From an uncultured Syntrophobacterales bacterium (GTDB taxonomy: Bacteria > Desulfobacterota > BSN033 > WVXP01 > G020346125): a stretch of DNA of 64,000 bases. The DNA is taken from positions 626 to 64,625 of the forward strand of contig CAYFXL010000001.1 in the NCBI GenBank assembly GCA_964346945.1, given 5' to 3'. Made by a program: the position numbers and the translations under genes. Numbering within the stretch: the first letter of the stretch is position 1; each line of letters starts with the position of its first letter. Shown piece after piece: positions 21,616 through 33,007 of the stretch. The notes under the pieces were generated by a model. The model searched no databases. It was not told where the DNA came from and saw nothing but the letters and a program-made list of their open reading frames with translations.

Positions 21616-23011
21616 TTTTTCCCTCCAGGATATCTTGGATTCAACAGGGGGCAGGTTGATACGGGGTACTCCCGGCATGATATTCGGGGGAATCTCCATC
21701 GACTCGCGGACCATCAAAAGGGGGGATCTCTTCGTCGCCCTGAGGGGAGCAAGATTCGATGGACACCAATTCGTGCAGGAGGCCATGGAGAAGGGGGGAG
21801 AGGGGTTCATCATCGAAAATGAAGCCGTGAGCGAGTCGGGCACCATCGCCGCAACAGGAAAGGCTATCATCGTCGTCGGAGATACCTTGAGGGCTCTGGG
21901 AGATATCGCCCATTCATGGAGGGAAAAGCATCCCATTCCCCTGGTCGCGGTGGCCGGAAGCAACGGGAAAACGACCACCAAGGAAATCATCGCGACTCTC
22001 CTCGAGGGATCCTTCAGGATTTTGAAGACCCGGGGGAATCGCAATAATCTGGTGGGACTCCCCCTCACGTTATTGGACCTATGCCCCGATCACACTATGG
22101 CTGTTGTAGAAATGGGGATGAATGTAAAGGGGGAGATAAGAAGGCTAACCGAGATTGCCAACCCTGACGTCGGCCTCGTCACCAATATCACTGAAGCTCA
22201 CCTGGAGTATCTTGGTACCTTTGAGGAACTGATAAAGGCAAAGGGAGAAATATGGGAAACCATGCGATCCGATGGGGTGATTGTGGTCAACCAGGACGAC
22301 GTTAACGTGGTGAAATTAGCGGAATGCTATCCCGGCAAGAGGATTACTTTCGGCTTGGAGTTCCCCAGCGATGTAATGGCGAGGGAAATCCGCAACGAAG
22401 GAGCCAAAGGCGTCCAGTTTATCCTAACCCTGAGGGGAGAGGAAGTTGAAGTAGCCTTTCCAATGATGGGAATCTCCGCCATATACAATGCCCTGGCTGC
22501 GACGGCAGTCGCCACCCTTTTTGGGGTACATTTGAAAGAAATGAAGGAGCGACTGGAAGGGGTTAAACCCTTTCCCATGCGCATGGAGATCATACGGTTG
22601 GTCAACGGGGCTACTATCATCAACGATACATACAACGCAAACCCCAAGTCCATGGAACTTGCCTTGAAGGCCCTCTCAGAGGTGAAGGAGGCAGGAAGGG
22701 GGATCGCCGTTTTGGGGGATATGTTGGAATTGGGCCAATTCAACGGTGAAGCTCACGCGCAGATCGGTGAGAGGGTGGTTTCCTTTGGCGTAGACTTCTT
22801 GTTCACCCTGGGGGAAAGCGCAGAAATCATCGCCAAAAGGGCCCGGGAAATGGGGTTGAACGAAAACCATGTGACGATCTCGAGGGACCATCAGGACCTC
22901 CTCCACCGCTTAAAGAGGACGATAAGGGAGGGAGATTGGATCCTGGTAAAAGGATCCAGGGGCATGTCCATGGAGAAGATTGTCATTGGGCTCATGGAGG
23001 ACCAGGGGTAA
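21602..23011 (+). CDS. murF: UDP-N-acetylmuramoyl-tripeptide--D-alanyl-D-alanine ligase
   Basis: [14 protein letters not shown]. Position after murE. The stop overlaps the mraY start (TAATG). Confidence 0.93.
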   Translation: MMRNSFSLQDILDSTGGRLIRGTPGMIFGGISIDSRTIKRGDLFVALRGARFDGHQFVQEAMEKGGEGFIIENEAVSESGTIAATGKAIIVVGDTLRALGDIAHSWREKHPIPLVAVAGSNGKTTTKEIIATLLEGSFRILKTRGNRNNLVGLPLTLLDLCPDHTMAVVEMGMNVKGEIRRLTEIANPDVGLVTNITEAHLEYLGTFEELIKAKGEIWETMRSDGVIVVNQDDVNVVKLAECYPGKRITFGLEFPSDVMAREIRNEGAKGVQFILTLRGEEVEVAFPMMGISAIYNALAATAVATLFGVHLKEMKERLEGVKPFPMRMEIIRLVNGATIINDTYNANPKSMELALKALSEVKEAGRGIAVLGDMLELGQFNGEAHAQIGERVVSFGVDFLFTLGESAEIIAKRAREMGLNENHVTISRDHQDLLHRLKRTIREGDWILVKGSRGMSMEKIVIGLMEDQG

Positions 23012-24087
23012 TGCTATACCATCTCATTTACCCGCTCCATACGCTTTATTCATTCCTCAATGTCTTTCGATACATAACCTTTAGGACTATCTATGCCACG
23101 ATAACTGCCCTCGTCATCAGTTTCATCATTGGTCCGTGGTTGATAAAAAAACTAACGGATTTTCAAATGGGCCAATCCATTCGGGCCGATGTTCCAAGGT
23201 CACATCTGTCCAAAGAAGGAACTCCCACTATGGGAGGCATGTTAATCCTCTTCGCATTAATCGCGCCAACCCTTCTGTGGGCTGACCTCACTAACAAATA
23301 CGTGTGGCTCGTTTTGCTCACGACCTTCAGCTTTAGCCTCATCGGCTTTATCGACGATCTCAAGAAGGTCAGAGACCGGGATGGGATGGGGATAAAAGCC
23401 AGATATAAGTTTCCCCTTCAGATTGGCATTGCCTTTGTGGTCAGTTGGGTCCTGTACGTCACCTTCGACTTCAACACCCAGCTATGGGTCCCCTTCTTCA
23501 AGAGGCTAACTCCTAATCTGGGCTGGTCATACATCCCCTTTGGTGTAGCGGTCATCGTGGGGACCTCCAACGCGGTCAACCTTACCGATGGATTGGACGG
23601 ATTGGCCATCGGTCCAGTGATGGTCTCCGGCGCAACTTTTCTCCTCTTCACCTATCTATCGGGAAACTATAAATTCGCCCACTACCTTCAAATCGCCTTC
23701 ATCAGAGGAAGTGGAGAGCTCACCATCTTCTGCGGAGGGTTGGTGGGTGCTAGTCTGGGATTTCTCTGGTTTAACACCTACCCAGCGCAGGTCTTCATGG
23801 GGGATACGGGGTCCCTTGCCCTCGGAGCGGCCTTAGGAACGATGGCTCTCGTTACCAAACACGAAATCCCTTTGGCCATCGTGGGCGGGATCTTCGTATT
23901 GGAGACCATCTCCGTCATGATTCAAGTGGTCTCCTTCAGGCTCAGGAAAAGACGGGTTTTCAGGATGGCCCCCCTGCATCACCATTTCGAGCTGAAGGGA
24001 TGGGTGGAACCAAAAGTGATCGTGAGGTTCTGGATTATCGCGATCATTCTGGGACTCTTGGCCATCAGCACCTTAAAACTCAGGTAG
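23011..24087 (+). CDS. mraY: Phospho-N-acetylmuramoyl-pentapeptide transferase
   Basis: Polytopic membrane protein with [13 protein letters not shown] and [10 protein letters not shown] motifs. The ATG at 23011 overlaps the murF stop; the track start at 22936 lies inside murF. Confidence 0.95.
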   Translation: MLYHLIYPLHTLYSFLNVFRYITFRTIYATITALVISFIIGPWLIKKLTDFQMGQSIRADVPRSHLSKEGTPTMGGMLILFALIAPTLLWADLTNKYVWLVLLTTFSFSLIGFIDDLKKVRDRDGMGIKARYKFPLQIGIAFVVSWVLYVTFDFNTQLWVPFFKRLTPNLGWSYIPFGVAVIVGTSNAVNLTDGLDGLAIGPVMVSGATFLLFTYLSGNYKFAHYLQIAFIRGSGELTIFCGGLVGASLGFLWFNTYPAQVFMGDTGSLALGAALGTMALVTKHEIPLAIVGGIFVLETISVMIQVVSFRLRKRRVFRMAPLHHHFELKGWVEPKVIVRFWIIAIILGLLAISTLKLR

Positions 24088-24108
24088 GCTTCTATTTCGG
24101 GGAATCCA

Positions 24109-25485
24109 GTGAAATTGGAGGGAAAGAAGGTCTTAGTGGTGGGACTGGCCAGGACGGGAACAGGGGTTATCCGATTCTTGGTCGAACAACGTGCACGGGT
24201 TGTGGGAACTGATATTCGGTCCGCCGATGAGCTGCGGCCATACCTCTCCGAGATAGAGGAGCTCAATGTAGTAACCGAGCTGGGGGAGCACAGGATCGAA
24301 ACCTTCTTGCGTAGTGATCTGATCGTCGTCAGCCCAGGAGTTCCGCTGAGCATCGAACCCATCGTGGCGGCTCGGGAAAATGGCATCGAGGTCATGAGCG
24401 AAATTGAGCTGGCCAGCCGCTTCATCCGAGATCCCATCATCGGGGTAACGGGAACAAACGGGAAGACCACCACCAGCATCCTCCTCGGGGATGTGCTCAA
24501 GGTATCAGGGAAGGAGGTCTTTGTCGGGGGAAACGTGGGTAACCCACTCATCAGTTGCGCCGGATTGGGTAAACATGATTACGTAGTCGCCGAGATCAGC
24601 AGTTTCCAACTGGAAGCGATCCATGAATTCAGGCCCCATATTGCCCTCATGCTCAATATCAGCGAGGACCATTTGGACCGATATCCCCATTACGAGGAGT
24701 ACGTAAGCACCAAGTTCCGGCTCTTTTTGAACCAGCGGGCTTCGGATTTTGCCGTCCTCAACGCCGATGACGCAACTATCAACGTCATGAGCTCTGAAAT
24801 CAAGGCGAGAAAATCGTACTTCAGCCTCACCTCCCCCTTGAAGGCGGGGGCATTCTTTGACCGGGATTCCCTCATCTACCGTGATTCAAAGGGGAAAACC
24901 GAACGCTTCAAACTCGCAACGGTTCCCCTAAAGGGAATCCACAATATCGAGAACATGTTATCCGTCGTCGTCACGGCCAAAATCTGCTCCTGTCCAAAGG
25001 GGGCTATCCAGAAAGCTTTGGAGTCCTTTAGAGGGCTCCCCCACCGTTTGGAATTCGTACGGCAACTCGATGGGGTGAGCTTTTACAACGACTCCAAGGG
25101 GACGAATATTGGCTCCGTAGTCAAGTCCCTAAGGAGCTTCAAGGAGCCCGTCATTTTGATCGCTGGGGGAAAGGACAAGGGAGGAAATTATGACCCTCTG
25201 AAAAGGATCCTCGAGGAAAAAGTGAAGCGGTTGATCCTCATAGGTGAAGCAAGGGGGAGAATGGCCAAGGCCTTTGGAACATCAGTCTCAACGACCGACG
25301 CCGATACCCTTGAAGAGGCGGTCCACCGTGCTTTTTACGAATCGAAGCAAGGGGATGTGGTGCTCCTTTCCCCGGCATGTTCGAGCTTCGATATGTTCAG
25401 AGATTACGAGGAGAGGGGAAACCTCTTCAAGGAGATTGTTAATCAACTGGGCAGGAATTATCCCAAGGGAGCTCGAAAGGCATGA
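24109..25485 (+). CDS. murD: UDP-N-acetylmuramoylalanine--D-glutamate ligase
   Basis: IGVTGTNGKTTT; N-terminal Rossmann VLVVGLARTG. Conserved dcw position. Confidence 0.93.
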   Translation: MKLEGKKVLVVGLARTGTGVIRFLVEQRARVVGTDIRSADELRPYLSEIEELNVVTELGEHRIETFLRSDLIVVSPGVPLSIEPIVAARENGIEVMSEIELASRFIRDPIIGVTGTNGKTTTSILLGDVLKVSGKEVFVGGNVGNPLISCAGLGKHDYVVAEISSFQLEAIHEFRPHIALMLNISEDHLDRYPHYEEYVSTKFRLFLNQRASDFAVLNADDATINVMSSEIKARKSYFSLTSPLKAGAFFDRDSLIYRDSKGKTERFKLATVPLKGIHNIENMLSVVVTAKICSCPKGAIQKALESFRGLPHRLEFVRQLDGVSFYNDSKGTNIGSVVKSLRSFKEPVILIAGGKDKGGNYDPLKRILEEKVKRLILIGEARGRMAKAFGTSVSTTDADTLEEAVHRAFYESKQGDVVLLSPACSSFDMFRDYEERGNLFKEIVNQLGRNYPKGARKA

Positions 25486-26582
25486 GGGAAAGGGCGCAAT
25501 ACGATCTGTCCCTGTTAATCATCGCCATCTCCTTAATGGGGTTAGGAATTGTGATCGTATACAGTGCCAGTGCTATTCTTGCCACGGACAGATTCGGAGA
25601 CGGGTACTACTTTTTGAAAAAACAGGCCCTGTTTAGCGCCTTTGCCCTGGCGATGATGATGGTGACGATGAATATACCCTACGCCTTTCTGAAAAGACTG
25701 GCATATCCCATGTTGATTGCATGCTTACTATTCCTCATACTCCTTCTGATTCCGGGCATAGGATACAGAGTCGGTGGGTCCACCCGCTGGATTCGGCTTG
25801 CCAACCTCTCGTTTCAGCCCTCCGAGGTCGCAAAACTGGTCCTCATCATCTTCTTGGCTTACTTCCTGGAGAAAAAGGGAGACCGAATGAGAACCTTCTC
25901 CGTGGGTTTCCTGCCAGTTCTCATCATCTCAGGGACGATGATCTATTTGGTCATGCTCCAACCAGATTTCGGTGTAGCCATCTTTTTGGCGACTATGGTA
26001 TTCATGCTGCTCTTTATCGGAGGGGTGCGGATGTCTTACCTGGTCTCAACCATTTTGGCTGCCCTTCCCATCATTTATCTCCTGATAACGAGGGTCGATT
26101 ATCGGTATAGGCGGATCATCGGCTTCCTGAACCCATGGGAAGATCCGAGTCGAACAACCTTCCAAATGGTTCAATCGCTGTTGGCTTTCGGATCAGGGGG
26201 CATCTTCGGCACGGGGTTGGGAGGCGGAAGCCAAAAGCTCTTCTTCCTGCCAGCCCCACATACTGACTTCATCTTCTCAGTGATCGGGGAGGAGCTTGGC
26301 TTGGTTGGTGCGACCATTACCTTGGGTCTCTTCACCCTGTTCACTATTCGTGGCTTCCGTATTGCCCTCATGGCCCAAGACACCTTTGGGACCTTTCTCG
26401 GCGTTGGGATAACAGCCATGATCTCGCTGCAGGTCATCATCAATATGGGGGTAGTTCTGGGATTACTTCCCACAAAGGGGCTAACCCTGCCCTTCATCAG
26501 TTATGGTGGTACGTCTCTACTCGTCAATGCAATGGGAGTAGGCATTCTCCTCAACATTTCATCCACGGTGAGAGGGAGATGA
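25482..26582 (+). CDS. ftsW: Peptidoglycan glycosyltransferase FtsW (SEDS family)
   Basis: 366 aa with about 10 TM helices. SEDS motifs LPAPHTDFIFSVIGEELG and LPTKGLTLPFISYGGTS. Confidence 0.9.
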   Translation: MRERAQYDLSLLIIAISLMGLGIVIVYSASAILATDRFGDGYYFLKKQALFSAFALAMMMVTMNIPYAFLKRLAYPMLIACLLFLILLLIPGIGYRVGGSTRWIRLANLSFQPSEVAKLVLIIFLAYFLEKKGDRMRTFSVGFLPVLIISGTMIYLVMLQPDFGVAIFLATMVFMLLFIGGVRMSYLVSTILAALPIIYLLITRVDYRYRRIIGFLNPWEDPSRTTFQMVQSLLAFGSGGIFGTGLGGGSQKLFFLPAPHTDFIFSVIGEELGLVGATITLGLFTLFTIRGFRIALMAQDTFGTFLGVGITAMISLQVIINMGVVLGLLPTKGLTLPFISYGGTSLLVNAMGVGILLNISSTVRGR

Positions 26583-27661
26583 GGATCATCATTGCCGGTG
26601 GCGGATCCGGGGGGCATCTCTTCCCGGGGATTTCCATAGCTGAGGCTTTCAAGAACAGGGAAGACCGAAATGAGATTCTCTTCGTTGGATCGAGAAGGGG
26701 AATCGAGGAAGGTCTGATCCCCAAAATGGGATATGACTTGAGAACGATTTCCGTCTCTGGGGTAAGGGGTAAGCCTTTGGGGAGAAAGCTGATCTCCCTA
26801 TGGGCGATTCCCCTCGGCACCGTGGCTTCCCTCCGGATCACTAAGGAGTTCAAGCCGGATTTGGTTATTGGCGTGGGGGGATATGCCTCGGGCCCCGTTG
26901 TCCTTGCGGCCTATCTCATGGGAATTAAAAGGGCCATTCAGGAGCAGAATGCCATACCTGGATCGACCAATCGCATATTGGGAAAGTTCTCCGATGCCAT
27001 ATTCATCTCCTTCGAAGAAAGCAAATCCTACTTCCCCCAGGAGAAGACGGTTCTGACGGGAAATCCGGTGAGGAGGGAATTCCTGCAAGGATCCGGGGAC
27101 ACCCGGAACGGCCGGAATTTTAACCTTCTTATCTTCGGGGGAAGTCAAGGGGCCCATCGAATAAACGAGAAGATGATGGAAGCCCTGGACTGGCTAGGTG
27201 AGGCTCGAGATACCTTGAGAATCATCCACCAAACGGGCAAGGATGACCTAGAGTTCGTCTCGCGGCACTATCAGAGGAGGGGATTCCACGCATCCGTGAA
27301 GGCCTTTATCGACGATATGGCCACCTGCTATCGAGATGCCCATCTGGTTATCTGCCGCTCAGGAGCTGCAACGATATCCGAGTTAACCGCATGCCGCAGG
27401 GCATCTATCTTGATCCCGTATCCCCATGCCATTCACAATCATCAGACCCTCAACGCGAAAGCTCTGGTAGAGGCGGGCGCGGCACGGATGATCTCCAATT
27501 CCGATCTGACGGGGAAACTCCTGGCCGACACGATTCTCCATCTGCATCGACACAGGGAGGAGATTTCGGCCATGGAGAAGAAGGCGGGAGACCTTGCTCG
27601 GCCCAATGCCGCCGATCTCATCGTCGATTGGTGCTATAAATTGGTATCTCTGCGGGGATAA
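26579..27661 (+). CDS. murG: UDP-N-acetylglucosamine--N-acetylmuramyl-(pentapeptide) pyrophosphoryl-undecaprenol GlcNAc transferase
   Basis: [22 protein letters not shown]-terminal G-loop; C-terminal [12 protein letters not shown]. Confidence 0.93.
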   Translation: MRIIIAGGGSGGHLFPGISIAEAFKNREDRNEILFVGSRRGIEEGLIPKMGYDLRTISVSGVRGKPLGRKLISLWAIPLGTVASLRITKEFKPDLVIGVGGYASGPVVLAAYLMGIKRAIQEQNAIPGSTNRILGKFSDAIFISFEESKSYFPQEKTVLTGNPVRREFLQGSGDTRNGRNFNLLIFGGSQGAHRINEKMMEALDWLGEARDTLRIIHQTGKDDLEFVSRHYQRRGFHASVKAFIDDMATCYRDAHLVICRSGAATISELTACRRASILIPYPHAIHNHQTLNAKALVEAGAARMISNSDLTGKLLADTILHLHRHREEISAMEKKAGDLARPNAADLIVDWCYKLVSLRG

Positions 27662-29064
27662 TGGTGTATCGAAAAGCCAAAATAGACCATATCCATTTCG
27701 TTGGGATCGGCGGTATCGGTATGAGCGGGATCGCCGAGGTCCTCCTCAATCTGGGGTATGAGGTAAGCGGGTCCGATATTCGGAAAACCGAGATAACTCG
27801 TCGCCTGGAGCAATTGGGGGCACAGGTCTACTACAAGCATCGAGCAAAGAATATCGAGGGATCAAAGGTCGTGGTCGTCTCCTCGGCCATCAAGGAGGGA
27901 AACCCAGAGATCCAGGCAGCCAGTGAAAAGCTCATTCCCGTCATTCCGAGAGCAGAGATGTTGGCAGAGCTCATGCGAATGAAGTACGGCGTGGCCGTTG
28001 CCGGAACGCATGGAAAAACTACTACCACCTCCCTGATCGCCACCGTTTTGGCCCATGGCGGCTTAGATCCCACAGTCGTCACTGGTGGAAAACTTAAGAG
28101 CATTGGAAGCAGTGCCAAACTGGGACAGGGAGACTTCTTGGTGGCCGAGGCGGATGAGAGCGATGGGTCATTCCTGAAACTGCTGCCGACCATTGCAGTG
28201 GTAACGAACATCGACCCCGAACACCTGGATTACTATACGGGGATTGAACAGATTAAGGAAACCTTCCTTCAGTTTATCGACCGAATCCCCTTCTTTGGCC
28301 TGGCAGTTCTCTGCCTGGATCAGGAAAACATCCAAAGCTTAATCCCCCAATTGAAAAAACGCTTCACCACCTACGGCCTCTCCAGCCAAGCCGACTTCCA
28401 GGCCAAAGACATGAGCTTCGATGGCCCTCATACCTCCTTCGATCTCGTCCACGGGGATAAGCGCATCGGAAGATTGACGGTCCAGATGCCCGGAATCCAC
28501 AACGTCTATAATGTATTAGCCACGGTAGCGACAGCTTTTGAATTGGATGTGGATTTCAAAACAGTCCAGGAGGCCCTAGCCGGATTTTCGGGGATTCAAC
28601 GGCGATTCGAGATGAAGGCCGAAATTGAGGATATCCTCGTCTTTGATGACTATGGCCATCATCCCGCCGAGATCAAGGCCACCTTGAGGGCCGCCAAGCG
28701 GGGATGGCGAAGGAGGGTCGTAGCCCTCTTTCAACCCCATCGTTACACGCGAACCAAGGCCCTCTTTGATGATTTCTTGACGGCGTTTTACGAGGCCGAT
28801 GTGCTGGTTATCACCGATATCTACCCGGCAGGCGAGGAGGAGATTGAAGGGGTGCATGCACGGCATCTCTTTGAGGGAATTCGGGAACACGGACATAGGG
28901 ATGTCCATTACCTGTCCGACCGACACGAAATCCTTCAATACCTTTCAACGGTTATTGCACCCGGTGACCTGGTGATAACCCTCGGGGCCGGGGATATCTA
29001 CCGGGTGGGTGAAGACCTGATCGAGGAACTCGTTAGGAAATACAAGACGGAGAGCCACTCATGA
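27661..29064 (+). CDS. murC: UDP-N-acetylmuramate--L-alanine ligase
   Basis: [17 protein letters not shown] and [14 protein letters not shown]. Confidence 0.95.
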   Translation: MVYRKAKIDHIHFVGIGGIGMSGIAEVLLNLGYEVSGSDIRKTEITRRLEQLGAQVYYKHRAKNIEGSKVVVVSSAIKEGNPEIQAASEKLIPVIPRAEMLAELMRMKYGVAVAGTHGKTTTTSLIATVLAHGGLDPTVVTGGKLKSIGSSAKLGQGDFLVAEADESDGSFLKLLPTIAVVTNIDPEHLDYYTGIEQIKETFLQFIDRIPFFGLAVLCLDQENIQSLIPQLKKRFTTYGLSSQADFQAKDMSFDGPHTSFDLVHGDKRIGRLTVQMPGIHNVYNVLATVATAFELDVDFKTVQEALAGFSGIQRRFEMKAEIEDILVFDDYGHHPAEIKATLRAAKRGWRRRVVALFQPHRYTRTKALFDDFLTAFYEADVLVITDIYPAGEEEIEGVHARHLFEGIREHGHRDVHYLSDRHEILQYLSTVIAPGDLVITLGAGDIYRVGEDLIEELVRKYKTESHS

Positions 29065-29092
29065 ACCCAATGATCTCATGGGCCTCTGAGAA

Positions 29093-30013
29093 ATGAAACA
29101 GGACACCAACGATGAGCTGAAATCCCTTATCAGGGGGAGGATCTCCTTCGGGGTTCCCATGGCAAAGTATACCTCCATGGGGGTAGGTGGAAGGGCCGAT
29201 GCACTCGCCCTTCCCCAGGACGAGGAAGACCTAAAGGTAATACTCCAATTTGCGAGGGAGAGGGCCATTCCCTATTACATCCTCGGCGAGGGGACCAACG
29301 TAATCGTCAGGGATGGGGGACTTCGAGGCATTGTCATCAGTCTTTCCCGGGGATTTAGAAGGATCAAGATCGTCGACCGAAATGGTAAGGAGGTTTTGAT
29401 CTCCGCCGAGGCAGGGGTAAGCCTGAAGCACCTGGTGAGATTTGCCAAGGAAAGGAACCTTACAGGTCTAGAGGCATTCTCCGGAATCCCCGGCACTTTA
29501 GGAGGTGCCTTGGCCATGAATGCCGGGGCCTTCGGTTCGGAAATCAGTGATGTGGTTAAATCCGTTGACATGATGGATGAAACGGGAACCGTAGTGCTGA
29601 GGCAAAAAAAGAACCTGAGATTTCACTACCGAAATCTCATTCTCCCCAAGGGGGCAATTATTCTCAGGGGCGTCCTGGGAGTCACGGAGGCGAAGGGAGG
29701 GGAGATCAGGGCCAAGGTCGAGAGGTTTCAAAAGCTTCGATTCCAATCCCAACCATGGAATGTGCCAACAGCTGGCTCCATCTTCAAAAATCCGGAGGGC
29801 GCCCCGGCAGGACAGTTGATCGATGAGCTGGGCCTCAAGGGTTACCGTATTGGAGATGCGCGGATCTCCGAAAAGCATGGAAATTTCATCGTCAATGATG
29901 GAGATGCCACGGCTGCAGAGGTTTTGGCTTTAATGGCATTCATTCGGGATGAGGTATATGAGAAGAGGGGGATCCGACTGACCCCCGAAGTTCACATTAT
30001 TGGAGAGGGATGA
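29093..30013 (+). CDS. murB: UDP-N-acetylenolpyruvoylglucosamine reductase
   Basis: FAD-binding PCMH-type N-terminus (MGVGGRADALALP); AGSIFKNP; ISEKHGNFIVN. Confidence 0.93.
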   Translation: MKQDTNDELKSLIRGRISFGVPMAKYTSMGVGGRADALALPQDEEDLKVILQFARERAIPYYILGEGTNVIVRDGGLRGIVISLSRGFRRIKIVDRNGKEVLISAEAGVSLKHLVRFAKERNLTGLEAFSGIPGTLGGALAMNAGAFGSEISDVVKSVDMMDETGTVVLRQKKNLRFHYRNLILPKGAIILRGVLGVTEAKGGEIRAKVERFQKLRFQSQPWNVPTAGSIFKNPEGAPAGQLIDELGLKGYRIGDARISEKHGNFIVNDGDATAAEVLALMAFIRDEVYEKRGIRLTPEVHIIGEG

Positions 30014-30987
30014 AAAGACCAAAGAGCCAAGGGCATATAGGCGTGCTGATGGGTGGTGTCTCGGCGGAAAGGGAGATCTCCTTGAGGACTGGAGAGGCAA
30101 TCATGAGGGCCCTCAGGGCAAGAGGCTATAACGTTTGTCCCATCGATGTGGGTTATGACATTGCCGAACGACTGATCGTCGAGCAGATCGGGATTGCCTT
30201 TATCACCCTCCACGGAAGGTTCGGCGAGGATGGAACTATCCAGGGCATGCTGGAGTTAATGAGGATTCCCTATACGGGCTCAGGGGTTCTAGCCAGCGCT
30301 CTATCCATGGACAAGATCATGAGCAAGCTGATCTTCTCAGCCCATGCTATTCCCACCCCAACCTCCCACATTTTGGAAGCCACCGAAGGGGTAAAGGAGG
30401 CACTGGAAAAGCTGAGTTTTCCCTTTCCCATTGTGGTGAAGCCGGCATCTGAAGGATCGACCATTGGCGTAACCATCCTCCACGATAAAGAGGGATTGGC
30501 CCAGGCCATTGAGCACGCACGACAATATGACCTTCGCCTGCTCTTGGAAGAATACATCAAGGGAAGAGAGATCACCTTAGGGGTGTTGAATGGCCAACCA
30601 CTGTCCTTAATCGAGATTGCCCCGAAAGGTGGATTCTATGATTATCGGTCCAAATATACCAAGGGAGAGACGGAATACATCGTGCCGCCCCGCATCCCCC
30701 CGAAAGCCCATGGAGAAGCCGAGCGGATCGGTTTGAAGGCATACAACTCACTGGGATGTGAGGGCTGTGCGAGGGTTGATATGATGGCAAATGAGAAAGG
30801 GGAAATCTTCGTCCTGGAAGTTAACTCCATGCCCGGGATGACGGAGACAAGCCTTGTGCCGAAAGCGGCCTATTTTGCCGGAATCGACTTCCCTGAACTC
30901 GTGGAGAAAATTCTGAAGGGAGCTTCATTGAAGACAAGGGTCTGCGGGGACGAAAGGGATGGGACGTCTTTTGAAGAGGCTCTGTAA
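30010..30987 (+). CDS. ddl: D-alanine--D-alanine ligase
   Basis: IGVLMGGVSAEREISLRTG; ATP-grasp C-terminus VLEVNSMPGMTETSLVPK. Confidence 0.95.
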   Translation: MKRPKSQGHIGVLMGGVSAEREISLRTGEAIMRALRARGYNVCPIDVGYDIAERLIVEQIGIAFITLHGRFGEDGTIQGMLELMRIPYTGSGVLASALSMDKIMSKLIFSAHAIPTPTSHILEATEGVKEALEKLSFPFPIVVKPASEGSTIGVTILHDKEGLAQAIEHARQYDLRLLLEEYIKGREITLGVLNGQPLSLIEIAPKGGFYDYRSKYTKGETEYIVPPRIPPKAHGEAERIGLKAYNSLGCEGCARVDMMANEKGEIFVLEVNSMPGMTETSLVPKAAYFAGIDFPELVEKILKGASLKTRVCGDERDGTSFEEAL

Positions 30988-31732
30988 GGCCACCATACTA
31001 ATATTGTGTGTCGCCGTTGTAGCCTTCTTTTGGCGCGTCGTATATGGCTACATGAAGGAGACACCCCTTCTGGCCCTCAACGAGATAACCATTGAGGGCT
31101 GCCAGAGGACTTCCCAGAAAGAAATTTTGTCCATGACTCAGTTAGACCGTCAAAGGAACATCCTCGGCATAGACCTAGCCAAATTGCGGGAAAAGGTGCA
31201 GGCGAACCCGTGGATAGAGCGAGCGGAGATCCGGCGAATATTCCCCGACAGGATCTTGATAAAAATCACCGAGCGGAAACCGGTGGCGATTATCCTTTTG
31301 GACCGTCTCTACTATATCGATGGCCAGGGATTCATTTTCGCCAGGGTGCCTGAAGGTCATCAAATTGACCATCCCGTTCTGACAGGTCTGCATCGGGATA
31401 GTTTCAAGGCCCACCCCGATGAAACATGGGGATTAGTCTCCAAAGCATTGAAGTTGATCAGGGTGATTGAGGAGGCAGAGGCCCTCTCCCAAAAGGACAT
31501 CTCCGAAATCCACATGGATAAGGCCTTTGGGCTAAGCGTCTATACAAACGATGGAGCAATCGAAATTAAATTGGGGCTCGACCGTTACGAGGCCAAATGG
31601 AAACGATTGGAGAAAGTCTGGGGACACCTCCAGAAAAGCCCGCTTAAGCCCGCATATATCGATTGCAATTATGAAAAGAGGGTCATCGTGAAAATGAGAG
31701 ACTCAACGGCGCTGTATGCGAAAAACTCATAA
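30959..31732 (+). CDS. ftsQ: Cell division protein FtsQ
   Basis: N-terminal TM helix, then a POTRA-like segment (ITIEGCQRTSQKEIL..) and an FtsQ-type domain. Overlaps the ddl 3' end by 29 nt. Confidence 0.88.
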   Translation: MGRLLKRLCKATILILCVAVVAFFWRVVYGYMKETPLLALNEITIEGCQRTSQKEILSMTQLDRQRNILGIDLAKLREKVQANPWIERAEIRRIFPDRILIKITERKPVAIILLDRLYYIDGQGFIFARVPEGHQIDHPVLTGLHRDSFKAHPDETWGLVSKALKLIRVIEEAEALSQKDISEIHMDKAFGLSVYTNDGAIEIKLGLDRYEAKWKRLEKVWGHLQKSPLKPAYIDCNYEKRVIVKMRDSTALYAKNS

Positions 31733-31750
31733 AGAAAGGAGGTGAGAAAT

Positions 31751-32980
31751 ATGGCCGGAAAGGAGAATAAATTGTTGGTGGGATTGGATATCGGAACGAC
31801 CAAGATTTGCACCATTGTGGGGGAAGTCCAAAACGGATTGGTTAACATCATCGGAATTGGATCACATCCCTCAAGGGGACTCAGAAAGGGAGTGGTCGTC
31901 AATATTGAAGGGACGGTGCAATCCATAAGAAAAGCTATCGAGGAGGCGGAACTCATGGCGGGTTGCCAGATCGATTCTGTCTTTGCTGGGATAGCAGGTG
32001 GACACATCCGAGGCATCAACAGCCATGGGGTAATTGCCGTGAAAAACCGGGAGATTACCGAACAAGACATAAAACGCGTCATCGATGCTGCTAGTGCCAT
32101 CGCGATCCCCATGGATCGGGAGGTTATTCACGTCCTTCCCCAGGAGTTTATCGTCGATGATCAGGATGGAATCAGGGATCCCATCGGTATGTGCGGGGTT
32201 CGTTTGGAGGGAAAAGTCCACATCGTCACGGGAGCGGTAACATCGGCTCAAAACATCATCCGTTGTACCAATCGTGCGGGGCTCCACGTAAATGATATCG
32301 TTCTGGAACAACTGGGCTGCAGCGAAGCGGTTCTAAGCTTCGAGGAGAAGGAGCTTGGGGCGGCTGTCGTCGACATCGGGGGTGGAACCACCGATCTCGT
32401 GATCTTTTGTAATGGAAGCATTAAACATACATCGGTCCTCTCTTTGGCGGGAAATCACATCACCAGCGATATCTCCCTCGGTTTGAGGACTCCCGCGGAG
32501 GAAGCTGAAAAGTTAAAAAAGAGATACGGATGTGCACTGGTCTCCATGGTGAACAAGGAGGAGATGATAGAAGTCCCCAGTGTTGGCGGTAGAAAGTCTC
32601 GGACCCTTTCTCGGCAAACCTTGGCGGAGATTATCGAACCCCGAGTGGAGGAGATTCTGGCGCTCGTCCAAGGGGAAATAATGAGATCCGGTTACGGAAA
32701 CCTCATCGGTTCGGGGATTGTCTTGACCGGGGGAACGGCTATCATGGAAGGGATGCCAGAGATTGCCGAACAGATTTTTAACCTCCCAGTGAGAAGGGGA
32801 TACCCCGTTGGGATAAGCGGTCTGACGGACTTGGTGAATAGTCCCATTTTTGCGACGGGAGTTGGATTGGTCGTCTACGGAAGCAAGAATCGATCCAAGA
32901 GCCGATTCCGAATAGGCGAAACCAACATCTTCGCCAAGGTTAGTCGCCGTATGAGGGATTGGTTCGGCGAGTTCTTTTAA
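31751..32980 (+). CDS. ftsA: Cell division protein FtsA
   Basis: Actin-like VGLDIGTTKICTIVGE and VVDIGGGTTDLVIF. AGGAGGTG lies 6 nt upstream of the ATG at 31751; the track start at 31742 is a GTG. Confidence 0.95.
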   Translation: MAGKENKLLVGLDIGTTKICTIVGEVQNGLVNIIGIGSHPSRGLRKGVVVNIEGTVQSIRKAIEEAELMAGCQIDSVFAGIAGGHIRGINSHGVIAVKNREITEQDIKRVIDAASAIAIPMDREVIHVLPQEFIVDDQDGIRDPIGMCGVRLEGKVHIVTGAVTSAQNIIRCTNRAGLHVNDIVLEQLGCSEAVLSFEEKELGAAVVDIGGGTTDLVIFCNGSIKHTSVLSLAGNHITSDISLGLRTPAEEAEKLKKRYGCALVSMVNKEEMIEVPSVGGRKSRTLSRQTLAEIIEPRVEEILALVQGEIMRSGYGNLIGSGIVLTGGTAIMEGMPEIAEQIFNLPVRRGYPVGISGLTDLVNSPIFATGVGLVVYGSKNRSKSRFRIGETNIFAKVSRRMRDWFGEFF

Positions 32981-33007
32981 CGAAAATGACCTATTGGGAG
33001 GGGTGAA